Source of the DNA: Candidatus Bathyarchaeota archaeon
Lineage (GTDB): Archaea > Thermoproteota > Bathyarchaeia > Bathyarchaeales > Bathycorpusculaceae
DNA: 64,000 bases
Reading direction: 5' to 3'
Assembly (NCBI GenBank): GCA_963767735.1
Contig: CAVYES010000004.1
Location: forward strand, 128,001-192,000
Shown here: positions 52,267-62,511 of the stretch, piece after piece
How the letters are laid out: each line of letters starts with the position of its first letter
Position numbering within the stretch: position 1 is the first letter of the stretch
Notes under the pieces: generated by a model
Databases searched by the model: none
The model's input: only the letters and a program-made list of their open reading frames with translations
What the model was told of the DNA's origin: nothing
Position numbers and translations under genes: made by a program

Positions 52267-52582
52267 TTCTTTTCCTCCTTTTGTTATTATGATTTTTTTA
52301 ACAGGGCAAGTTGAACGCATGTTCGTGAACTGGGTACTCACCTGTTCGCTTATGTGCCGTGCCTCTTGCCGCTGATAAAACTGGATAGCAATGTCGAAGT
52401 ATCTTTTAAACGTTTTTGTGCTTTTTAAAGCAACTTTTATTATTCTGTAAGTAGGAAAGCAAGATTTATTCGGAAATAAATCCCATTTAAACTCTATAAT
52501 TGGCATTAAGATGTTTACACAAAATTCAACTAAAATTAGGTTTATTTATTTGTCAAAGTTACTTTACCTTGGTTGGTAGCTG

Positions 52583-52903
52583 TTGAACAATTACATTGTC
52601 ATATTTGTAACTGCGAAGGATAGGCAGGAGGCGGAAAAAATAACACAGGCGCTCTTGGATGAACGTTTGATTGCTTGTGGAAACATCGTTAATCCGGTTA
52701 CTTCATTTTTCCATTGGGTTGGCAAAATTGAAAAGGCTGAGGAATGCTTGATTGTTATGAAATCGCGGGCAGATTTGTTTTTGCAGGTTGCTGAGCGTGT
52801 GAAGCGTTTGCATAGTTATGAGGTTCCTGAGGTTTTGGCGTTGCCTATTGTTGACGCGTCGAAGGCTTATTTGGATTGGATGAGTGTTGTGCTCAAACCT
52901 TAA
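52583..52903 (+). CDS. cutA: Divalent-cation tolerance protein CutA
   Basis: LIACGNI..HSYEVPEVLALP..YLDWM. Confidence 0.95.
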   Translation: MNNYIVIFVTAKDRQEAEKITQALLDERLIACGNIVNPVTSFFHWVGKIEKAEECLIVMKSRADLFLQVAERVKRLHSYEVPEVLALPIVDASKAYLDWMSVVLKP

Positions 52904-52977
52904 TGTACATTTTTGTTCAAGTAAGCCTTAAATAATACATTGACGTATGCTTCTGAACTGTAAGGAAGCGCAACAAA

Positions 52978-53028
52978 ATGGGGAATCGCCTTTGGCACAC
53001 AAACAGCAACCGAAACCAAACCAGCTAA
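52978..53028 (+). promoter_or_regulatory. Candidate Trp-containing leader ORF (MGNRLWHTNSNRNQTS) overlapping the trpE frame
   Basis: ATG at 52978; CTT TGG at 52990..52995; the trpE frame is +1. Confidence 0.4.
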
Positions 53029-54394
53029 TCCCCTAAAAATCAAAAAAATCCAAATCACACAACAACCCCTCGAAATATTCTCAAAACTCCAAAAACAATA
53101 CAAAACAAACTACCTTCTCGAATCAATTGAAGGACCAAAAAAACTCGCACAATACTCATTTATCGGATTCAACCCAAAAATAACCGTCCAAACCAAAAAC
53201 GAAAAAGTCCAAATCAAAAACGAAAGAACCGGCGAAACAACCATACAGAAAACAAGCGATCCACTGCAAACCATAGAAAACCTCCTCAAAAACGATGCAA
53301 TCTCAAACAGTGAATTCAGATTTATTGGCGGAGCAGTGGGCTACATCTCTTATGATGCAGTACGTTACTGGGAAAAACTTCCAGAAAACAACCAGGCTGG
53401 CCTGATTTTTCCTGACTTGGAAATGGGCATATTTGACGACGGATTCATCTTCAACCATAAACTACCGCAAGCATTCTACTATTACCGAAGCGAGAATCGC
53501 CTGCCTGAAGTTGAAAGACTACTTAAACAGCCAATTGTTTCTGAAGAATTTTCTTACACTCAACCTAAAGTAAGCACTAAAAAAGAAAACTATGAAAAAG
53601 CGGTTGAAAAAGCAAAAGAATACGTGACCGCAGGAGACATTTTCCAAGTTGTCCTATCCAAACGCTACCAATTCCAAATAAAAGGCGACCTTATGCCGTT
53701 TTATCAGTCTCTTCGCACCATTAACCCTTCCCCTTACATGTACTTCTATAAGTCAGGCGAACGGCAAATCGTCGGTTCCAGCCCCGAAATGCTCGTCCGA
53801 GTTGAAAACAGAACCGTGGAAACCTTCCCGATTGCAGGAACAAGACCTGCTGATGAAGACCCCCGCAGAAACAGCAGGTTAGCTCGTGAATTGCTTGCTG
53901 ACCCAAAAGAGCGCGCCGAACACGTGATGCTTGTAGACTTAGCACGCAACGACATCGGCAAAATCTCAAAGTACGGCAGCGTTCACGTGCCAGAATTCAT
54001 GAGAGTCCACCGTTACAGCCACGTGCAACATATTGTTTCGCAGGTGGTAGGCGAACTTAAAGAAAACCTTCAAAGCTACGATGCGCTACGGGCTGTTTTT
54101 CCAGCCGGCACGGTTTCTGGAGCACCAAAAGTGCGAGCTATGGAAATCATTGACGAGCTTGAGCCAGCTAGGCGTGGACCTTACGCTGGCGCAGTAGGCT
54201 ACTTTTCATACAATGGCAATGCCGACTTCGCCATAACCATCCGCACACTCTTCGCCGATAAGAAACATGCGTATATTCAAGCTGGCGCAGGAATTGTGGC
54301 TGATTCAGTTCCAGAAACAGAGTGGTTTGAAACAGACCACAAGGCAAAAGCGCTGATGCAGGCGCTTGAGCAGGCTGGAGGCGCAAAATCATGA
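52991..54394 (+). CDS. trpE: Anthranilate synthase component I (5' end unresolved)
   Basis: YLLES..AQYSFIG lies upstream of the track start 53336 in the same frame; GDIFQVV, PIAGT, KERAEHVMLVDLARND, GAPKVRAM. Confidence 0.95.
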   Translation, partial: FGTQTATETKPANPLKIKKIQITQQPLEIFSKLQKQYKTNYLLESIEGPKKLAQYSFIGFNPKITVQTKNEKVQIKNERTGETTIQKTSDPLQTIENLLKNDAISNSEFRFIGGAVGYISYDAVRYWEKLPENNQAGLIFPDLEMGIFDDGFIFNHKLPQAFYYYRSENRLPEVERLLKQPIVSEEFSYTQPKVSTKKENYEKAVEKAKEYVTAGDIFQVVLSKRYQFQIKGDLMPFYQSLRTINPSPYMYFYKSGERQIVGSSPEMLVRVENRTVETFPIAGTRPADEDPRRNSRLARELLADPKERAEHVMLVDLARNDIGKISKYGSVHVPEFMRVHRYSHVQHIVSQVVGELKENLQSYDALRAVFPAGTVSGAPKVRAMEIIDELEPARRGPYAGAVGYFSYNGNADFAITIRTLFADKKHAYIQAGAGIVADSVPETEWFETDHKAKALMQALEQAGGAKS

Positions 54395-54981
54395 AGGTAG
54401 TGGTAATTGATAATTATGATTCGTTCGTTTACAACCTTGTTCAGTACATTGGCGAGCAGGGCGCGGAAGTCATTGTTTACAGAAACAACCAAGTTACCTT
54501 GGAACAGTTAATTAAGCTTAAACCTGACCGAATTGTGATTTCGCCAGGTCCAGGCACACCTGAAGATGAGCGTTACTTTGGCGTCTGCAAAAAAATCCTG
54601 CAAACCTTAAGCCCCACAATTCCAACTTTAGGCGTCTGCTTAGGCCACCAAGGCATAATCCACGTCTATGGCGGAAAAATCATCCATGCAAAAAAGCTAA
54701 TGCATGGAAAAACCTGCACAATAAAACATGACCAAAAAGGCATCTTCACAGGCGTACGCAACCCATTCACGGCAACACGGTATCATTCGCTTGCCGGCGA
54801 ACGGTGCTCTATTCCAGCATGCTTAGAAATTACCGCAGAATGCATCGAGGACGGTGAAATCATGGGCATTCGGCATGTTAAGTATCCGATTGACGGCGTC
54901 CAATTTCATCCTGAGTCAATTCTATGTGAAGACGGCAAAGTTATAATTAAAAACTTTTTGGAGGGAAAGCGCAGGCTATGA
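54391..54981 (+). CDS. trpG: Anthranilate synthase component II
   Basis: IDNYDSF, SPGPG, GVCLGHQ, QFHPES. Confidence 0.95.
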   Translation: MKVVVIDNYDSFVYNLVQYIGEQGAEVIVYRNNQVTLEQLIKLKPDRIVISPGPGTPEDERYFGVCKKILQTLSPTIPTLGVCLGHQGIIHVYGGKIIHAKKLMHGKTCTIKHDQKGIFTGVRNPFTATRYHSLAGERCSIPACLEITAECIEDGEIMGIRHVKYPIDGVQFHPESILCEDGKVIIKNFLEGKRRL

Positions 54982-56039
54982 TTAGGGAAGGCATTCAGAA
55001 ACTCATTGAAGGCTACAGCTTAACAGGCGACGAGTCAGGAGAAATCATGCGGGAAGTCATGTCTGGAAAAGCCACAAACTCGCAGACTGCCGCTTTTCTA
55101 ACAGCGTTGCGAATGAAAGGTGAAGCAGTTGAGGAACTAATCGCCTTCGCCTCTGTCATGCGCGAACAGAGCACCCAGATACATCCCCACGTGCATGGTC
55201 GCTTAGTGGATACTTGCGGGACAGGCGGAGACAAAATAAAAACCTTCAACGTTAGCACCGCAGCCGCTTTCGTCATTGCAGGAGCTGGCGTGGCAGTTGC
55301 TAAACATGGAAACAGGGCTGTAACCAGCAAATGCGGCAGCGCCGACGTTCTAGAAAAGCTCGGTCTAAACCTTTACTTGGAGCCAAAAGCAGTTGAAGGC
55401 ACAATAGAGAAACTGGGGATAGGCTTCTTGTTTGCTCCAGCTTTCAATCCAGCAATGAAGTATGCGGCTGAACCAAGAAGGGAAATAGGCATCCGCACAG
55501 TATTCAACCTCCTCGGACCACTGACCAATCCAGCATGCGCAAATGCTCAACTGCTCGGCGTATACGACTCTAAACTGACTGCCCCATTAGCTTATGCGCT
55601 AAAGCGGCTGGGCTGCGAAGAAGCCATGGTTGTCCACGGATTAGACGGCTTAGATGAAATATCAACGGTTGGCAAAACAGCTATTGCACATTTAAGAGGC
55701 GGTGAAGTCAGCGAACTTGAAGTTTCTCCTGGCGATTTTGGAGTTAAAACAGCGTGCATCACAGATTTAAAGGTGGAATCACCTGAAGAAAGCGCTGAAA
55801 CACTCTTCAAAAGTCTCAGCGGCAATCTTACTCACGGTGACCCAAAAATGGAGTTTGTGCTTGTTAACAGTGTAGCTGGAATAATGGTTGGGGGAAAAGC
55901 GGACGATTTTGAAGGCGGCATGGAGTTAGCCCGTGAATCAATCGAGAGCGGAGCAGCGTATAGTAAGCTTAAGGGTTTGGTTACAGCTTCAGGCGAAAGC
56001 CTGCAGAAACTCGAGGAGTTCGAAATGAAGTATGAGTGA
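54978..56039 (+). CDS. trpD: Anthranilate phosphoribosyltransferase
   Basis: DTCGTGGD, NVST, KHGNR, GLDE. Confidence 0.97.
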   Translation: MIREGIQKLIEGYSLTGDESGEIMREVMSGKATNSQTAAFLTALRMKGEAVEELIAFASVMREQSTQIHPHVHGRLVDTCGTGGDKIKTFNVSTAAAFVIAGAGVAVAKHGNRAVTSKCGSADVLEKLGLNLYLEPKAVEGTIEKLGIGFLFAPAFNPAMKYAAEPRREIGIRTVFNLLGPLTNPACANAQLLGVYDSKLTAPLAYALKRLGCEEAMVVHGLDGLDEISTVGKTAIAHLRGGEVSELEVSPGDFGVKTACITDLKVESPEESAETLFKSLSGNLTHGDPKMEFVLVNSVAGIMVGGKADDFEGGMELARESIESGAAYSKLKGLVTASGESLQKLEEFEMKYE

Positions 56040-56811
56040 TTATCTTGATGTTCTGGCGCGAGTTGCCCAGATAAATATTGATGATGAATACTATGATGCA
56101 GTAAAACGTGTTGAAAGCATTGTTATTAGCTTGCGAAAGGCGATTTTGGATTGTCAAGTTGTTCCGGTTATAGCCGAAATAAAGTCGGCTTCTCCATCGG
56201 CTGGTGTGATAAGAAAAAACGTGGAGCCAAACGAGATTGCGAAGGCAATTCAGAGGGGCGGAGCCGCAGCCTTATCTGTGTTAACTGAGCCCAAACAATT
56301 CAATGGCTCCTTAGAAGCTTTAGCTCAAGCCAGAGAAGCAATGAAACTTCCCATCCTCATGAAAGACATAATCGTAAGCCCCCTACAAGTCTACGCTGCA
56401 TCGAAAATAGGTGCAAACGCCGTTTTGTTGATTAAGGCGCTTTTTGACAGAGGGTACTGTGAAAAGACCCTTGATGAAATGATTGCTGGAGCGCACGGGT
56501 TGGGTCTTGAGGTTTTGCTTGAAACCCACACCGAAACAGAGTTTCAGTCAGCCGTAATGACGGGCGCTGATTTGATAGGGATAAACAACCGTAACCTTGG
56601 GACCCTAAAAGTAGATTTAAGCGTTACAAAAAACATCCTCTCAAAAAACGACACAAACGGCAAACTCGTCATAAGCGAAAGCGGAATAAACACACCAGCT
56701 GACATATGTTTTCTCCGAGAAAGTGGAGCATGCGCCTTCCTCATCGGCTCAGCTATAATGTCAACCGATAACGTTGAAGAAAAAGTCAGGGAGTTTGTGA
56801 ACGCAAAATGA
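56032..56811 (+). CDS. trpC: Indole-3-glycerol phosphate synthase
   Basis: [28 protein letters not shown]. Confidence 0.95.
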   Translation: MSDYLDVLARVAQINIDDEYYDAVKRVESIVISLRKAILDCQVVPVIAEIKSASPSAGVIRKNVEPNEIAKAIQRGGAAALSVLTEPKQFNGSLEALAQAREAMKLPILMKDIIVSPLQVYAASKIGANAVLLIKALFDRGYCEKTLDEMIAGAHGLGLEVLLETHTETEFQSAVMTGADLIGINNRNLGTLKVDLSVTKNILSKNDTNGKLVISESGINTPADICFLRESGACAFLIGSAIMSTDNVEEKVREFVNAK

Positions 56812-58004
56812 AAGCGAGCAACTACCCTGTCGACGGAAAATACGGGAAATATGGCGGGCGCTTTGTCCCAGAAGTGCTGATGGCAGCCATCAAAGAGCTG
56901 GAAGAAGCGTATGAGCAAGCGCGTAAAGACCCCAGTTTCCAGAAAGAACTTGATTACTATCTGTCAGAGTTCGTTGGAAGACCCACATCGCTCTACTTTG
57001 CTGAGAACTTGACGCGTAAGCTGGGCGGCGCCAAGATTTACCTTAAACGCGAAGACTTAGCTCATGGCGGAGCACACAAAATAAACAACACCATCGGGCA
57101 AGCGTTACTCGCCAAACGAATGGGCAAGACCCGTGTTATAGCCGAGACGGGAGCAGGTCAACACGGTGTAGCCACTGCAATTGCATGCGCCGCCTTAGGC
57201 TTGAAAGCTGAGGTTTACATGGGTACAGAAGACTGTGAACGTCAGCGGCTTAATGTTTTCCGCATGAAGCTTCTAAATGCACAAGTGCATCCCGTCGAAT
57301 CTGGTTCAAAAACCCTCAAGGACTCGATAAACGAGGCGTTCCGCGATTGGGTTACAAACCTTCAGACGACATATTACTTAATCGGCTCAGTTGTTGGTCC
57401 CCATCCGTATCCAATGATTGTTAGGGATTTCCAAAGCGTAATCGGCAAAGAACTCAAAGAACAATTCCACAAAAAAGAAGGTCGACTCCCCGATGCTCTG
57501 GTTGCTTGCGTAGGCGGCGGAAGCAACGCTATAGGCACATTCTACCCCTTCGAAGACAACGCGGAAGTGAAGTTTTATGGTGTTGAAGCTGCAGGAGAAG
57601 GTTTAGAAACGGGCAAACACGCCGCATCTCTTGGCGCAGGAGCAGAAGGAGTCTTCCACGGCATGTTAACCTACGTTCTCCAAGACAGCAAAGGGCAGAT
57701 ACAGAACACAAGCAGCATTTCCGCAGGCTTAGACTATCCAGGCGTTGGACCAGAACACTCCTTCCTAAAAACCCTCAAAAGAGCGAAATATGTTTCAGCC
57801 ACAGACAAAGAAGCGGTGGACGCTTTTCTAGCTTTGTCCCGAGAGGAGGGAATCCTGCCTGCCTTGGAATCGTCGCATGCAGTGGCTTACGCCATGAAAC
57901 TTGCGCCAAAAATGAAGAAGAACCAGTCAATCATCGTAACCTTGTCGGGACGGGGCGATAAAGACGTGGAAACCATAGCAGACTACATCGGAGCAAAAAT
58001 ATGA
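56808..58004 (+). CDS. trpB: Tryptophan synthase beta chain
   Basis: [29 protein letters not shown]. Confidence 0.98.
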   Translation: MKASNYPVDGKYGKYGGRFVPEVLMAAIKELEEAYEQARKDPSFQKELDYYLSEFVGRPTSLYFAENLTRKLGGAKIYLKREDLAHGGAHKINNTIGQALLAKRMGKTRVIAETGAGQHGVATAIACAALGLKAEVYMGTEDCERQRLNVFRMKLLNAQVHPVESGSKTLKDSINEAFRDWVTNLQTTYYLIGSVVGPHPYPMIVRDFQSVIGKELKEQFHKKEGRLPDALVACVGGGSNAIGTFYPFEDNAEVKFYGVEAAGEGLETGKHAASLGAGAEGVFHGMLTYVLQDSKGQIQNTSSISAGLDYPGVGPEHSFLKTLKRAKYVSATDKEAVDAFLALSREEGILPALESSHAVAYAMKLAPKMKKNQSIIVTLSGRGDKDVETIADYIGAKI

Positions 58005-58810
58005 ATGCAATAAACCAAGCGTTCCAAAAGGCAAAGGCGCAGGGAAACGGAGCCCTCATCGGCTACATTATGGCTGGAGACCCAAAACCCAAAGTGACAG
58101 CGAAAATTGCTGACGCCTTAATCAAAGGAGGAGTGGACATTTTGGAGCTTGGGCTTCCTTTTTCTGATCCGATTGCGGATGGACCAACAATTCAAGCTGC
58201 AAGCGTACGTGCATTAGCTGCTGGAACAACGCCAACTCGGGTGCTGGAAATTGCCAAAGAAATACGGTTAAGCCATGACGTACCAATTGTAGTAATGACT
58301 TATTATAATCCCGTGTTCAGGATGGGGCTTGAGAAGTTTTTCGGTTTAGCTCAGGAATGCCTTGTTGACGGCGTCATAGTTCCAGATTTACCCGTTGAAG
58401 AAGCAGGCGACTACAAGAAAGCCGCAGGCAAATCTGGCATAGACACGATTTTTCTTGTTGCACCGTCCACTTCTAATGAACGCTTAGGGCGAATTGTTGA
58501 GTGTTCGTCGGGTTTTCTATATCTTGTTTCCCACTTCGGCGTGACAGGTGCACAGTCAAAAATTGAAGATTCAACTATTGAGCTTGTCAAGCGTATTTTG
58601 CCCAATACGTCTGGGAAGATTCCTTTGGCCGTTGGGTTCGGCGTCTCGAAGCCTGAGCATGTTCGGCGCATTATGGCGGCGGGGGCAGACGGCGTCATCG
58701 TTGGCAGCGCCTTCATCAATGTAATTCAAAAAAACCAAGGCAACATAGATGCCCTGCTAAAAGAGCTGCAGGCAACCGCTTCTGGGCTTAAGGCAGCAAC
58801 AAAAATCTAA
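58001..58810 (+). CDS. trpA: Tryptophan synthase alpha chain
   Basis: [28 protein letters not shown]. Confidence 0.98.
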   Translation: MNAINQAFQKAKAQGNGALIGYIMAGDPKPKVTAKIADALIKGGVDILELGLPFSDPIADGPTIQAASVRALAAGTTPTRVLEIAKEIRLSHDVPIVVMTYYNPVFRMGLEKFFGLAQECLVDGVIVPDLPVEEAGDYKKAAGKSGIDTIFLVAPSTSNERLGRIVECSSGFLYLVSHFGVTGAQSKIEDSTIELVKRILPNTSGKIPLAVGFGVSKPEHVRRIMAAGADGVIVGSAFINVIQKNQGNIDALLKELQATASGLKAATKI

Positions 58811-58924
58811 AAAATCAAAAAAGCAATCCAAAACAACTAGAAAAAAATTTCGTGTAAAGAACGCCAGAAAAATCACGCTCTCATCTGCGAAAGACTTAAA
58901 GTGTGTTCTGTGCCTTTAATTTTC

Positions 58925-59243
58925 GGCGGTGGATCTTAGGCGGTGGGGTAGGGGTCCATTGTACCGTAAACCCTCTATACGACGGGCTGACATCTGCGGA
59001 TGAGGCGCCGAAGGCCGTTTGGATCTTCATTTCCGAAACATTGACTATCCGTCCTTTGGGGCTGGCGGTCTGTGGGCAGCTTCCGTAGGGGAGTTGCTTC
59101 ATTGTTAACCAGGCGAACCCGGCTAGGCTCGGGAGAGAGCAACCTAAGTTTGGACGTCGTGCGCTCAAGGGGGTGCGGGTAAGAGCGTAGGGCTTGAGGG
59201 TTCCAGGCGGAGTCTGGGCGTCAAACCGCAGTGATCCACCGCT
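58925..59243 (+). ncRNA. ffs: Archaeal signal recognition particle (7S) RNA
   Basis: Terminal helix GCGGTGGATC/GATCCACCGC; helix 6 GCAGCTTCC-GTAG-GGGAGTTGC; helix 8 CTAGG-CTC-GGGA-GAG-AGCA. Confidence 0.9.
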
Positions 59244-59250
59244 ACTAAAA

Positions 59251-59520
59251 TTATTCGTACGCTGCTTCTCTTTGCGAAATTTTCAGAATAATGATCGTTT
59301 GAGTGGTTTTATCCACCGAAAACATGACTCTAAATTTGCCCGTTCTTAATCGGTAAAAATCTTTCTGCCCTTCCATCTTCGTGACATCCAAATGCTCGTT
59401 TGGATTAGGAAAAGTTTCCAAGCACAAAATTTTCTGAAGTAATCCTTTCTTTGCTTTTTGATCCATGTGATCCAGAAATTTATCAACTTTTCTGTGGACA
59501 ATTATGCGGTAGTTAGGCAC
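59251..59520 (-). CDS. relE: RelE/ParE-family toxin
   Basis: YRIIVHRKVDKFL..FYRLRTGKFRVMF..QREAAY. Confidence 0.9.
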   Translation of the reverse strand: MPNYRIIVHRKVDKFLDHMDQKAKKGLLQKILCLETFPNPNEHLDVTKMEGQKDFYRLRTGKFRVMFSVDKTTQTIIILKISQREAAYE

Positions 59521-59761
59521 CTTTTTTTACCTCATGCTTCTTGAGCACTTCTTCCAAAGGAACGCACTTACCCCGCTCAGCTTCATGCTTCAGAACCTCA
59601 AGTTCTTCCATTTCCTCGGGGCTGATTTTTTCCTCTGGAATCAAGGACTCAACAAGGCTGTCAAGCGACTTCTCAATCGATTTAAGCTCTAGCCGCACAC
59701 GTTTCACTTCTTCGTAAACTTTGCCTAAACTAACCTCAGAAGTCAAGTAGACCCTCATCAA
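59513..59761 (-). CDS. Cognate antitoxin
   Basis: LIPEEKISPEEMEEL..VPLEEV; overlaps the relE start. Confidence 0.8.
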   Translation of the reverse strand: MMRVYLTSEVSLGKVYEEVKRVRLELKSIEKSLDSLVESLIPEEKISPEEMEELEVLKHEAERGKCVPLEEVLKKHEVKKGA

Positions 59762-59829
59762 ATAATATCATACAGCGCCCTAATAACTTTTAACAAGAAA
59801 TAGAAACTCTCGCTTCTGGAAAAACAGCC

Positions 59830-59931
59830 AGTTTGGACGTCGTGCGCTCAAGGGGGTGCGGGTAAGAGCGTAGGGCTTGAAGGCTCCAGGCGGAGTCTGG
59901 GCGTCAAACCGCAGTGATCCACCGCTACTAA
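59830..59931 (+). repeat. Direct repeat of the SRP RNA 3' end (att-like)
   Basis: 102 bp with 2 mismatches against 59147..59248. Confidence 0.95.
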
Positions 59932-59951
59932 TTTTATTCGTATGTTAGCTA

Positions 59952-60104
59952 TCACTTTTCTTGCTCTTGCAGTATTGTCTGAATTGATTTCTTTAATGGC
60001 GGATTATTTTGAGTAGCGGCTTTCCAAAGTGTTTCTTCGTCCAATCCGAAGTAGGCGTGGATTAGTTTGTCTCGCATTCCATCTATTTGCTTCCAAGGAA
60101 GCTG
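59952..60104 (-). pseudogene. C-terminal fragment of a HepT/DUF86 HEPN toxin
   Basis: LPWKQIDGMRDKLIHAYFGLDEETLW, containing the Rx4H motif. Confidence 0.8.
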
Positions 60105-60105
60105 T

Positions 60106-60345
60106 TTATACTATTTCTTCAATTGGTTTTGGAGGCGGGGTTGTTGCCATTGTATAGCCTATCCATGCACCGATCGCCAGAATAGCGATAAATGCTATGG
60201 AAACAAGAACTAGTACTGCATCTAACCTGATCGCGGGCGTTGCGAGTCCATTAATTGGAACAGCAACCAAAACGACGTAGCCGACTGCGACTATAGCGCA
60301 CACAATAAGTATTGCTCCACCTATTGCTTGATCTTTACTAACCGT
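60106..60345 (-). CDS. Paralog of 44376..44618 with ACG at the start position
   Basis: GGTGGTGACTTGA-ACG-GTTAGTAAAGATCA, where the paralog has ATG. Confidence 0.65.
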   Translation of the reverse strand, partial: TVSKDQAIGGAILIVCAIVAVGYVVLVAVPINGLATPAIRLDAVLVLVSIAFIAILAIGAWIGYTMATTPPPKPIEEIV

Positions 60346-60766
60346 TCAAGTCACCACCTTATAGCCATGCTCCTTTGCTCTTTTTCTCCCAATGTAAGGC
60401 AAACCGCGAAAAGGATATAAGGCATATTTCCAAAAACTAAACATAACAAAAACCAAGTAGCGAAGAACCAACCTGAACTATTTTTAAGTGGTATTACGGG
60501 CAAAGTCACGACTAATAAAAGAAAGGTTACAAAAAATTGACGGCGATTCAAACGAGTTTTGGGTGCGCCTTTAGGATCAAAGTCGGAAAAATTAGAGGCG
60601 TTTTTGTTAATCGCCTTTAGTTCAAGAGTTAGGCGCTGATTTGCCCGTTTGAGTTTTTGCTTGATATTCGAGTGGGCTGGTGGCTGTTTATGGGGCTTTC
60701 TGAAGGTGATATGCAGGAAGCTTTGCTGGCTTTAAATATTTTGAAAATAGGTTTTCAAGGGTTAGA

Positions 60767-61252
60767 GTGGGCTCAAGCAGTTCACGACTTAGAAACCTGC
60801 GGGAAAGGTTTAAATTGACCTTGGAAAACGCTTATTTAGACAAATCTGTCGAATTTGTGGATATGAGGTCCTGGGTAAAAATGAATTTGGCGGTTTTTCA
60901 TCGTCGAAAACAGCTTTTAGCCGCTTATTATAGCGGCATCTTAAATCCGGCTTTTATGCGTGAGCTTGCGGTGCAGTATCATTGTAGCCAGGCAGCGTTG
61001 TATGCGGATTGGGAGCGTCGGGCGAAGTGGGAGCCTTTGATCTGGGCAAGTCAGGAAGCTCATGAAGATGGCAAAGCTTTGCTGGGTCAATTGCAGCTTG
61101 CGCGTGAAGCAGCTTTGCGTCTTATGCTAAATCCGCGGTTAGGCGACAACGCAAGAGTTGCTGCCATTGGCCGATTTACTGAAACTGTTAAGACAGAGAT
61201 TGAGATGAGGCAGAGCCTTGGCTTGCTGCCGAAGATAACTGCGTCTCCGTAA
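60767..61252 (+). CDS. HTH-containing helical protein (orphan TerS-like candidate)
   Basis: RELAVQYHCSQAALYADW HTH and QSLGLLPK end; probable start at 60881. Confidence 0.5.
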   Translation: MGSSSSRLRNLRERFKLTLENAYLDKSVEFVDMRSWVKMNLAVFHRRKQLLAAYYSGILNPAFMRELAVQYHCSQAALYADWERRAKWEPLIWASQEAHEDGKALLGQLQLAREAALRLMLNPRLGDNARVAAIGRFTETVKTEIEMRQSLGLLPKITASP

Positions 61253-61607
61253 GTGTAGGTAAAGCAGCAGGCAAACTTTGATGTTTAACAGAACACAGAA
61301 ATCCAGAAACAGCAAATTTGCTGCCTAAATTGATTATGCCTCGTGATAGTGGAGAAATCTTTGGTCTTCAACAAAATATGGACCTAAACAAATGGGTCAG
61401 TTGGATGCTAGTTTTTGTTGGGTTTGTTCGAAGTGTTCGAGGTAGAACACTTAGGGAACTTGTTTGTTAGTTGTTTTTGTGGGGTGATATGTCTTTGTCT
61501 TTCTGGCTGGAGTCGTTTTGTTTTGAGCAGCTTTCTTCTAACTGTTTTGTTTTGTCGAGTAGGTATGTTTAAGTGTATATTTAAACATTGACTGGTTGTG
61601 GTTTGAT

Positions 61608-61826
61608 ATGGTGAAAACCATCACTATTAGAGATGAAGTTTATGGGAAACTGCTAACCATAAAAGGAAAAGAGGAAAGCTTTAGCGAATTATTTGATAGG
61701 CTGGTTGAGTGTACATCACCTGTGGAAACGCTAAAGAAACTCAGAGGCAAAGTCGAATTCAACGACAAAGAGAAAGAAACGGTGCTTTCTGAGCTTTACT
61801 CTAAAAGGGCTGAAAAAAGAATTTGA
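61608..61826 (+). CDS. vapB: VapB-family antitoxin
   Basis: KTITIRDEVYGKL..ESFSELFDRL; palindrome TGTTTAA..TTAAACA upstream. Confidence 0.85.
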   Translation: MVKTITIRDEVYGKLLTIKGKEESFSELFDRLVECTSPVETLKKLRGKVEFNDKEKETVLSELYSKRAEKRI

Positions 61827-62203
61827 TCGTCATCGATTCTGATGTCCTGATTGAACTCTTGGATCGAAAATCCGAGAAGGGCGACCAAGCCCTTAAGCAA
61901 ACTGTCGAAAGTAAAGAAGAAGTATCAACGACAGTCATTAGTTTGCATGAAGTTCTATACGGCTTACATAAATACGGCAAAACCGTCCAAGAGCTTCTTT
62001 CACTTCCAATTCTAAGCTACACTAAAAAAGATGCGGTCCTATCTAGCAAAATTGAACTTGAAGCAGAAAAGAAAGGAAAAACCGTCTGCAGAACTGACGC
62101 AATGATTGCAGCCATAACAATTAACAATAACGCAAAACTATACACATTCAATCAAAAACACTTTGAAGCTCTTCAAGACCTCGGGCTAGAACTCTACCCG
62201 TGA
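61823..62203 (+). CDS. vapC: VapC PIN toxin
   Basis: IVIDSDVLIE..EVLYG..DAMIAA..TFNQKHF. Confidence 0.9.
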   Translation: MIVIDSDVLIELLDRKSEKGDQALKQTVESKEEVSTTVISLHEVLYGLHKYGKTVQELLSLPILSYTKKDAVLSSKIELEAEKKGKTVCRTDAMIAAITINNNAKLYTFNQKHFEALQDLGLELYP

Positions 62204-62511
62204 ATATACCCATCTAAAAATCAATAGGCATCACCTGCAGTACTTTGCTGTAATCTTTAACTTCTGCGTGTGCTCCCATGAAAAAACACCCTACCCCCTT
62301 ACGTATTTTCATTTTGATGCGGCTACCCCACTGCAAATTCGAATTCTCCTGCCTACTAGTCGATGGGAGATTCAACATGACCCAGAATGGGGTTAGTGGT
62401 GGATCAACGAGGTAGAGAAGGGCAAGATAAGATTCCAGAAGCAAAAGCCTTATTGGAAAAAGTTTGCAAGTAAAGCACCTCGTAACCGGTTACGTGCTTC
62501 GCGCTAAAAAA

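Noticed and set aside
58896-59168. ORFs 58896..59168(-) and 58903..59088(+)
   Set aside because: They overlap the SRP RNA gene and are spurious
59147-59931. DGR template/variable repeat pair
   Set aside because: Only two mismatches, the repeat is non-coding SRP RNA sequence, and no reverse transcriptase is present
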